The notes under the pieces: model-generated
Database searches by the model: none
What the model was told of the DNA's origin: nothing
What the model saw: only the letters and a program-made list of their open reading frames with translations
Translations under genes and position numbers: made by a program
DNA from: Octopus sinensis
Taxonomy: Eukaryota
Length of the DNA stretch: 64,000 nucleotides
NCBI RefSeq assembly: GCF_006345805.1
Contig: NC_043013.1
Coordinates: 37,386,001-37,450,000 of the forward strand
Reading direction: 5' to 3'
Shown: positions 55,144 to 64,000 of the stretch, piece by piece
Position numbering within the stretch: the stretch's first letter is position 1
Layout of the letters: each line of letters starts with the position of its first letter

Positions 55144-55174
<31 letters not shown>

Positions 55175-55180
55175 GAATAA

Positions 55181-55461
55181 TTCATCTCTGGAAACATGGG
55201 TGGTTCTTTCAACATCCTTAAACAACCCTTATTCAGGGACCTTTTGAGCGGGATGGGCTACTCAACCTGAAGGAAATTCTAACTGGGCCCCGCCTGCAAG
55301 GTCATGTGCTGTTATCTTGATATGAGATCACCATGTCGCGCAATATGGTTGTGATGCATGTGCCTGGTGTACTTTATCAGACGGGTAGTCATGATGGGTA
55401 TATTGGCTTCGTATATTTTACCCCAGTGTCACTTTGATGGCATTGCACTGCTCTCTCACTC
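55181..55461 (+). mobile_element. Probable LINE 3'-UTR fragment embedded in a (TAA)n tract
   Basis: A unique ~280-bp GC-richer segment flanked on both sides by (TAA)n (55149-73 and 55462-55645). It contains a TTCAGG..TTGAG/CTCAA..CCTGAA stem. No ORF. Confidence 0.45.
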
Positions 55462-55527
55462 AATAAAATAATAATATAATAATAAAATAATAATAATAAA
55501 ATAATAATAATAATAATATAATAATAA

Positions 55528-55568
<41 letters not shown>

Positions 55569-55645
55569 TAAAATAATATAAAAATAATAATAATAATAAT
55601 AATAATATTAATAATAATAATATAAACATAATAATAATAATAATT
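55462..55645. repeat. (TAA)n tract
   Basis: Directly visible. Confidence 0.98.
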
Positions 55646-55721
55646 GAGAATATGATTCCAAACTTACATGGAAAAATTCAATTTAGTAATACTAATCAAA
55701 TTTCACAATATATAATACATG

Positions 55722-55840
55722 TATATAAATTAGAGAACGACCATGTAGCAATTCAACAATTTTTAATTTTTTCTATATGGTATGATGTAGGTATATCATT
55801 GTTGAATTGCTACTTGGTGGTTCTTCTCTAATATATATAC
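55722..55840. repeat. Inverted-repeat fragment homologous to the terminus of the 35.4-35.7 kb hammerhead element
   Basis: Perfect 15-bp IR TAGCAATTCAACAAT (55746-60 / 55798-812) plus outer TAGAGA/TCTCTA. The reverse complement of 55761-55840 matches 35431-35500 (CAATTCAACAATGA...ATACCATATAGAAAAAATTAAA). Confidence 0.65.
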
Positions 55841-55843
55841 ATG

Positions 55844-55881
<38 letters not shown>

Positions 55882-55882
<1 letters not shown>

Positions 55883-56030
55883 CCTAGCTGTGTAGTCAGA
55901 ATCCTCCGTCTCAACCACATGGTTCCGGGTTCCGTCCCACTGCGTTTCACCTCCAGCCGGTGTCTTCTAAAATAGCCTCGGGCCTACCAAAGCCTTCTGA
56001 GTGGATTTCTTTGATAGAAGCCCGGTGTAA
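55882..56030 (+). mobile_element. Family-A SINE, 5' half
   Basis: AACCACATGGTTCCGGGTTC..CCAAAGCCTTCTGAGTGGATTT. Confidence 0.7.
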
Positions 56031-56057
56031 ATGTATGTGTGTGTGTGTGCGCGCGTG

Positions 56058-56345
56058 TCTTAGTGGTTAGGGTGCTGCGTTGCGATCTAGCGATCGTGAG
56101 TTTATTTCCTAGAAAAGGGAGTGCGATGTGTTCTTGTGCATAACCTATCATCTTACGTTACTCTGCGATTACTTAGAGTTCTGATCTTACGCGTGGTACA
56201 CAGTGCACCAGTTTGAGTCACGTCGATTTCCTGGAGATAGAGCGAGCCAATGTATGGCACCAACATGTGACCACTATACAGATATCATTTGTATCAGTTG
56301 TTTGGCAAATGCTGAACGCACATACTTCTCCTTCGACGCTCGAAA
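56058..56345 (+). mobile_element. Family-C-related SINE (CORE-like), degenerate
   Basis: tRNA-like TAGTGGTTAGGGTG head, GTGTTCTTGTGCATAAC core remnant, TGACGCGTGGTACAC-like body. Confidence 0.5.
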
Positions 56346-56389
56346 CCGTCAACACACACACACATACCATACATATATGTAGGTAGATA

Positions 56390-56515
56390 TCATTTCCAAA
56401 TTTATTCCTGTCGAATTTTATCCGTTATTTTTGTGGTTTACAGAACCTAGCTGTTCTCTCTAGCGTGTTGAATTCTCTGTAAGTGGATTCCTTATGTGTT
56501 TAAATAAACACTATA
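56390..56515 (+). mobile_element. 3'-end fragment of the same monomer family
   Basis: TTCCTGTCGAATTTTATCC...GAACCTAGCTGTTCTCTCTAGCGTGTTGAAT...CCTTATGTGTTTAAATAAACACTATA matches 12010-12118. Confidence 0.75.
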
Positions 56516-56845
56516 TCGGATGAATAGATCGCAGGTAGATAGATATACTGACACATATGGAGACAGATGCAGAATACTTGTTTGAGTTAAGATCCAAAGT
56601 GTGTATGTTGTAAAAGCAAAGAAGCCGTAAAGACTAGTGTGAAATCATTGTGATGAAGATTCTTCTATCAAGATGCTTATTCAATAATTCAACATGCACA
56701 CATTTCCTCATGTTCATAACTACTTAAATTGCTACTTGACTACATATTTACAATGTACATACATACAACCATATATAATTACATCTTTCTCTCTCTCACC
56801 ATTACATTCTCTTTCACTCTTTTTTTCTCTCTCTCTCTCTCTCTC

Positions 56846-56895
<50 letters not shown>

Positions 56896-56901
56896 TATTT
56901 A

Positions 56902-57062
56902 CACGACGTGCTTCTTTCATTTTCCACCGACTAAATCCCCTCACAAGGCTCTGGTCGGCCTGCGGGTATAGTAAAATACACTTGCCCAAGGTGCTACACA
57001 GTGGGCCTGAACCCAGAAACCATGTGGTTGACAAGCAAGCTTCCTACCACATAGCCACTCCA
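56902..57062 (-). mobile_element. Family-A SINE, 5' half
   Basis: CACAAGGCTCTGGTCGGCC..CCACATAGCCACTCC. Confidence 0.75.
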
Positions 57063-57079
57063 TATATATATATATAATA

Positions 57080-57126
<47 letters not shown>

Positions 57127-58426
57127 TTATATATATATATATATGCACACACACTCACACACACGTCATCTTCGTCTGTAGGCTCATCACATTCATCACA
57201 GCGCACCAGGTCCTGATGCCTTTTCATTTGAACTAGTTTTTCCACGTCCAGTCCTTAATTTCGTTGCTTCATCGAATTTTCACTGATGAGACGTAGATTT
57301 TGAGTGCACTGATAATCATAATTTTTTTTTGTTTTTCTTTTTTTGTCTTTTAGACTCTCCATACCGTATTGCTCCTATATCCAAGCCCGATTCGTTCGAA
57401 CTAAGATCCATCCATTTAGTCCCCAGCGTTCACCTCTTGCAATTTAACCTCATCTTAAATATTCTCAGTATGTTGTTGTGAGCCATGTGTAGAGTTAAAA
57501 CCAGTGGTTTACTGACCAGAACCAACCCATGTATTTAACTGTTTTGATACCGACAACTTTGAGGACACCACCTTTCTATGACAAGTTTCCCTAATTCAAA
57601 GTGATGAAAATTCAATCCTTCCTTTAAATCTTTTTATTAATCTATGTTCGAAAGACTAATTTAATAATAACCAATTCATTTCACAAAAGAATTATTTTTT
57701 TCAAAATTTATTGAAACAAAACTCAGTGTATTTCAATCGAAATATCGCAAAAAATTCTTAAATGTGACAGGCTTATAAGTTTTCAGTTGTAAAATATGTC
57801 CCAGATTCTTGAACCACTTAAACTTGGCTGATTGCACAAATTATCATCGCACGATATTCTGCTCTGGCTTTCTGCGTCTGCCTTGGAATTTTCGAGATTA
57901 CTTGAATCTCACAGGCATTTGATTAACTTTGTTAAACACAGCTCTGCAGCTCAATCCGCCAGGTAGTGTTCAGTTTATTAGCATGTGTATTACGGGAGAT
58001 TATTTACCTATTCAGCGCTCAAATATTTCGTATAGGCCATAGGCCAAGGGAGAATTCATGAACTACAGTTTCAGTAGAGCCATAAATGTGTGAATGAGTG
58101 TGGATATGCTTGTGTGGGCATATATCTATATATCTATAAATATATATATATGTATGTATGTATATACAGAGAAACAGAGAAAGTGAGACAGACAGACATA
58201 TATGTAATATGTATACATTAAAAGCATATATAATTTACATACAACTGTGTTATACATAAATGCATGCATACATACATACATATATACATATATATATATA
58301 TTATTTATATATATATATATTATTATATATTATATATATATATATAACGTCAAAGGGTCATCAGTAATATTTGAATTTTCTAATGCCAGTGGCCTAGCGT
58401 GTAAAGATTTAGTCAATAGACTATAT

Positions 58427-58641
58427 GCTCGAGCTGGCAGAACCGTTAGCACGCCGGACGAAATGAATAGCCGTATTTCGTATGCCATTACGTTCTGAGT
58501 TCAAATTCCGCCGAGGTCGACTTTGCCTATCATCCTTTCGGGGTCGATAAATTAAGTACCAATTACGCACTGGGGTCGATGTAATCGACTTAATCCGTTT
58601 GTCTGTCCTTGTTTGTCCCCTCTGTGTGTAGTAAATAAATA
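58427..58641 (+). mobile_element. Family-B SINE
   Basis: Near-consensus head, B-box GAGTTCAAATTCC, body and GTCCCCTCTGTG tail. Confidence 0.9.
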
Positions 58642-58658
58642 TATGCTTTTCATAGAAA

Positions 58659-58940
58659 TACAGTGTACATTTAAACAGAGAAGAGGTATCAATCATAGGA
58701 TTACTTCAACGCTAGAGAGGACAGGTAAACAATTCTGCTGAAGAAGACTTCGCCTAACAAATTATTTTATTTGCTAACAAATGTCTGAAACCATTGTTCA
58801 AGGAGTTGGATAGTAAATGTTTTTATTTTTCATTCCCTTCGTTAATTTTATCCCTGATAGTGGTTGGGAATTTAACTGTCCTCTCTAGCGTGCAAAGAAT
58901 CCTATGATGGACACCTCGTATGTTTTAAATGTACACAGTA
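58659..58940 (+). mobile_element. Diverged relative of the 11.6-kb monomer with inverted termini and a degenerate hammerhead
   Basis: Inverted arms 58659-58724 and 58876-58940 (includes a perfect 15-bp match CGCTAGAGAGGACAG). Inside is CTGAAGA-AGAC..GTCT-GAAA-CCATTG-TT-CAAGG (58738-58803). The 3' part aligns with 11990-12116. Confidence 0.6.
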
Positions 58941-59016
58941 TTTATACCTACATACATACATACATATATATATATATACACATATATATATATATATAAA
59001 TACATATATGTATATA

Positions 59017-59048
<32 letters not shown>

Positions 59049-59049
59049 C

Positions 59050-59080
<31 letters not shown>

Positions 59081-59682
59081 CATGCATATATATATATATA
59101 TCGATACATACATGGATATATACATGAATACATACATACATACATACATACATACATACATACATAATGCATATTAAGCTTATATATACGCACGCGCATC
59201 ATGCTTTTGTATATTTCAGGAAGTTTTCAAACGTTAAATGCATTCACATGCAAAACCTTGAGGCGCGAGTTTCATTGTCTAAAGTCGTCACAAAAGAAAC
59301 GATATTTGCCGCTAAACCACAAATGAAACCCCTTTGCCTGTTACTCCTTCAGCAGCATTTAACGTACATCCATTTTCTCCTTCGCTGCGGTTTTCGCCAG
59401 GGAGATGATATAGATATCGTTTAGCTTTGCTAACTTCTTCAGAATTATTATTTCTTTGTTGACGATCTCGAGATAATTAAATGTGGAGAAATATATTACT
59501 GACATTCCTCAGGAATTCATCATTACAGAATTCGTTACATGGGTGGGCGTAAAAAATTGGCATACATAGAAGTTGTTATACGTATGTACACATACATGCA
59601 CGCATACACTTATCAAATACATACATTAACATTTGCATTCTATTGTGTATATATACACACACATATTTATATGTAAAAACTG

Positions 59683-59722
<40 letters not shown>

Positions 59723-59878
59723 AGATACACAAATTAACATTTACATAAAAATTTATATGTATAATTAATATATATATATATAGAGAGAGATAGATAGATA
59801 TATAGATAGATAGTAGATAGGTAGATAGGTATAGATATACACTGTTATATAAAATATATTTTATAAATCTGATATATA

Positions 59879-59920
<42 letters not shown>

Positions 59921-60265
59921 GTCGTGCGTATCTATGTTTGTATATAGCTATAAATATAACGTACACTATATAATGTATGCTATATATATATATATATATA
60001 TATCCCTCTGCGTAGGGGCGTGTGCTACTGCCTGGAAGTTATGACAGGAATTCCTCATTATAAAGTAATTAAAATATATTTAGCCATCACTTACGGATAA
60101 AGACAGGTCTGGATGATGTGGGGTATATAAATATGAGTACTTACATCTATTGAGACGCACATGCGTATATATAGACACAAATACTTATCAACACGTTATA
60201 TAATGGGAACCATTACACTGATGAAATATATATATATATTCATATAGATATATATATATATAATA

Positions 60266-60300
<35 letters not shown>

Positions 60301-60424
60301 CGAAAACTATGATAATTAATAGATAGTATATGAGAGATATATCAACACAACGCATACGTACACATGCACGCGCGCTTGCATCATCCACAGCGAAACTGAC
60401 GTATAAAAGTATACGTACACACAC

Positions 60425-60454
<30 letters not shown>

Positions 60455-60457
<3 letters not shown>

Positions 60458-60490
60458 ATAGCAATTTGCGCCCGGCGTTGCTTGGTTCTT
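60455..60490 (-). mobile_element. Related Helitron 3' terminus (degenerate)
   Basis: ATAATAGCAATTTGCGCCCGGCGTTGCTTGG resembles ATACTAGCAGTATCGCCCGGCGTTGCTCGG at 27541. Confidence 0.45.
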
Positions 60491-61079
60491 ATGACCTACA
60501 ACCACATTGTATTATCTGTTCCTTTCTTATGGGCGGAATCGGCACACGAGAATTATGAAGCAAACAACTCCTCTCTATAAACATGTTTTTCGGTCATTTT
60601 CTGATGAACAACGCTGTAGTTTCTGTTTACCAATTTCGGTCGCAAGTCTGTTGTTGACCTAGAGCATAGTAGAAAAAACCTTAACCAAAGTACTATTTAG
60701 AGGAACTGAACATGGAACCATGTATTTGTGGAGCAAACTTATCAACCACACAGTTATTCTTGCAGCTAATATCCGCATGTGTTTACATTTGTTATTAAAT
60801 CGAGTATTGTGTTCCACTATGTCTCAAAGCTATGTCTGAAAAGTCTACAAAATAATTGTCAAATTGAAATCCGTAAATTTTTGAAGGTGATACCCATCAT
60901 GGCAATATTCGAAAGGTTAAACACAGTAATATGTTTAAATATTTCATGGCTGCAAAATTAAGGTAATGGATTGTTAACCACAAGATAGAAAGTTCAAAAC
61001 TTCGTATATAACTTCCACTCTATACGATAATACTATATGTACGTCACTTCCACAATTAACAATTGTATATATTATATAT

Positions 61080-61124
<45 letters not shown>

Positions 61125-61168
61125 GGATTTTCCTAATGTGATGTAACTCTTTGGTATAACAATTGCAT

Positions 61169-61240
61169 GCGGCTGAAGAGAGCTTTAAACCATCCTTATG
61201 TAAGAATAGGTCGTTTAAAAGCTTGAAACACGTGTACCGC
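61169..61240 (+). ncRNA. Type I hammerhead motif
   Basis: GCGG-CTGAAGA-GAGCTTTAAAC(22 nt)GTTTAAAAGCTT-GAAA-CACGTG-T-A-CCGC. Helix I is 4 bp, helix II is 11 bp with one bulge and a G.U closing pair, helix III is palindromic. Predicted cleavage after 61236. Confidence 0.8.
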
Positions 61241-61342
61241 GACATCCTTTGTGTTCTGTTTTTGATTTCATTTGATACATACATTCATATATATATATAT
61301 ATATATATTTATTTATATTTATTTATTTTTATTTATATGCTC

Positions 61343-61665
61343 AGGAGTGCTGTGTGGTAAGAAGCTTGCTTCCTAACCACATGATCTCGGGTTCAGTCTC
61401 CTACTATAGCCTCTGGCCGACCGAAGCCTTTGGCAGACGAAGCTGAAAGAAACCCGTCGTATATATGCATATATATGTATGTGCGTATTTGTTGTTTTTG
61501 TCTGTATTTGTCGCCCTTACACCATCGCTTGACAACTGACATTTGTGTCTTTGTCTCCGTCACCTAGCCGTTCGGCAAAAGAGACCAAATATGTCCTAGG
61601 CTCGATTTGTGCGACTAAATGCGTGCTCCAGCATGGCCGCAGTCAAATGACTGAAACAAGTAAAA
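61343..61665 (+). mobile_element. Family-A SINE with internal deletions
   Basis: Head GGAGTGCTGTGTGGTAAGAAGC and tail CCAGCATGGCCGCAGTCAAATGACTGAAACAAGTAAAA. Confidence 0.85.
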
Positions 61666-61691
61666 CCAAGACTGTGTGGAATTTATAGGTA

Positions 61692-61739
61692 GTCTTACAG
61701 CTGTTTCTGGGATATTGGCGATATCCCTTCATCAGAGAC
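61692..61739 (-). ncRNA. Compact type I hammerhead motif
   Basis: Minus strand reads GTCT-CTGATGA-A-GGGATAT(CGCCA)ATATCCC-A-GAAA-CAGCTG-T-A-AGAC. Helix I is 4 bp, helix II is 7 bp (A.A at 10.1/11.1), helix III ACAGCTGT is palindromic. Confidence 0.8.
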
Positions 61740-62408
61740 GATATGAGAAAGTTAACTACAGGGAAATAGTTGAGTTCAGTATAAGGAGTTATTTTGGAGA
61801 TAGATGGATGTATAAGGGGAGATAAAAGAATAAAAAATAAATGTAAAAACATATGTATGATGCTACAGTTGCAATTCATAGCCTTAGCGAACCCTCTTGT
61901 ATTTTTTCACCATAAACTTCTCTCACAGTTTCTTCCTGTTTCTGTTGTACCTATATTTCGAAGTGTCAATTTTTATACCCACAGCTTCACAGCCACTTAC
62001 TCCTAAATCCTTGTTTTGAAATCGTTGACTTTTCTCTAAATGAGAATGAAATAGTATTTGGTAGGCACCAGAAGCGAAATGCACGTTCAGTGGTGTTGAT
62101 GGTGGGGTAGGCGCGTTCTACCCAATTTCTTCTAGTCTCATCAATTGCCAATTACTTACATCGGAGATGCAAAAGAAAAGATGAATTAATTTATTATAGT
62201 ATTAATTGAATGACATTTTGGAATTTTGTTTTAAAAATCTTGAAATCATTTGGTTTGTTATAATTTTCCACTTTACTCTGATAAACAAATGCGATCGATC
62301 ACATGCTCGAAGATTTTTCTATCAATTTCCATAAAATGTAGTGAACTAAAAGATGAACGATTTATTAACTATTGTAAAATCTGTGAGAATATATTTTGTG
62401 ACACTGAA

Positions 62409-62872
62409 GGCGGCGAACCGGCAGAAATATTAGCATACGGTGCAAAATACTTAGTGTCATTTCGTCTGACTTTACATTCTGAGATGAATTTCCGTCGAAG
62501 TCGACTTTACCTTTAACCTTTCCGGGTCCGATTAAATAAGTAGAAGTCGAACACTGTGATCGGTGACTTACCCCCACCTCAAAAATACTGGCTTTGTGCT
62601 AAAATTTCAAGCCAATATATTTTGTTACTGCTATTCTGCCATTAAGCACCCGAAGTAGTAACGTGTTGTATTATAGAAACATCCCGCTGGTCGAAACACT
62701 TAGTGGAATTTCGTCCGTTTTTATGTTCTGAGATAAAAAATAAATTCACTGTGATTAAGTTTGCCTTTCATCATTTGGAAATCGATAATATTTTTATTGA
62801 ACACTGGTGTCGATGTAATTGATTTACCCCAATTCCAAAATTCCTGGCCTTACACCAAAATTTGAAACCGAT
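62409..62872 (+). mobile_element. Two family-B SINEs (62409-62618, 62685-62872)
   Basis: Both show body TTTGCCTTTCATC/TTTACCTTTAACC..GTCGATGTAAT and tail GGCCTT..CCAAAATTTGAAACC. Confidence 0.7.
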
Positions 62873-63809
62873 ACCTTCTGCAGCAACAAAGGTTCTCGCG
62901 AAATATTTGTAGTTCATCTGCCGTAGTTTTTCTTTGGTTGCAAGAATTTAACGTTATTTTGTTTTCCACATATTAATACACACAACACACAAACACACAC
63001 ACACACACACGCACACACACACACGCGCGCGCACACAACACACACAAGTCCGAACGCACGCACGTAATACTACAAGAATTCAAGAAAATGTATCTGTGTT
63101 GAAATATGTTTATGATTTAATCGTCGAGGATTTAGTGTTTGAATAACAAACTTTCAAGATTTTCGAACGAAGCAACAGATGAATACACATGGCCACACAC
63201 TAAGACTTCTATGTTTCCATGTGTCACTGTATAGGCATACATATATACACACAAATGTTCATAACGACACTTACACTTCAATAGATTTATGACTTATAAC
63301 CTTAAATTACATGTAAATTATGAAGAGGTAATTACGTAGGCACATTATACGTCTTAGTATATTATTAGTGCGTATATACATATATATGCGTATATACAGA
63401 TGCGTGTGTATTATACGTATAAATTTATGTGTGTATGTGTGGGTGTAATTGCGTATATTTACATATATGTGCATGTTTATTTATATATGAATATCTATAC
63501 GTACGTGTGTTCATGTATGATTCTCTGCATGCATGTATGTATATACCGAATGAGAGACATAGGATTCTGTATGGAGAGAGAGAGAGAGAAGGAGAGGGAG
63601 GAGCGTCACTGTTAGTGAGAGAGAAGGAGTTACAAAGAGTAGGAGGTGAAGAATTGTAGGAGGGTATTATAGACTTGGAGTATCGGGTTGAAACAGAACT
63701 CCGATCGACAACTAATAGAATGTATTTTATGAACAAATATTAATGTTTTTCTCATTAAGTACACATTCATGTGATCTAAATAGAATGGTTTATAATATGA
63801 AATATATAT

Positions 63810-63843
<34 letters not shown>

Positions 63844-63920
63844 GATATATATTATATATACATACATACATATGTGTGTGCATGAGAGGGAGGAAGTAAC
63901 ATAGGAAGAGAGAGAGAGAG

Positions 63921-63961
<41 letters not shown>

Positions 63962-63962
63962 C

Positions 63963-64000
<38 letters not shown>
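63921..64000. repeat. (GAT)n tract
   Basis: Directly visible. Confidence 0.98.

Overview
AT-rich, microsatellite-saturated, gene-poor metazoan DNA. The repeat families suggest an octopod cephalopod (inference, no database search run). No host protein-coding gene is confidently recognisable, and nearly all listed ORFs are translations of microsatellites or of decayed transposons. The window holds at least three tRNA-derived SINE families (about 30 copies, including a 5-unit head-to-tail array), four Tc1/mariner fossils (DD41D, DD37D with TIRs, two DD34D), R4/Dong-like RLE LINE fragments, a tandem non-autonomous Helitron pair, a hAT MITE and a ~1.5 kb tandem duplication. The main unexpected signal is a set of type I hammerhead ribozyme (HHR) motifs with palindromic helix III, about ten copies from at least five sequence families. 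They sit in Penelope-like terminal fragments and include a 442-bp palindrome with one HHR on each strand and a ~487-bp HHR-bearing monomer arranged in tandem and inverted copies, which looks like a retrozyme-type element. All RNA structures were paired by eye and none is tested for activity.
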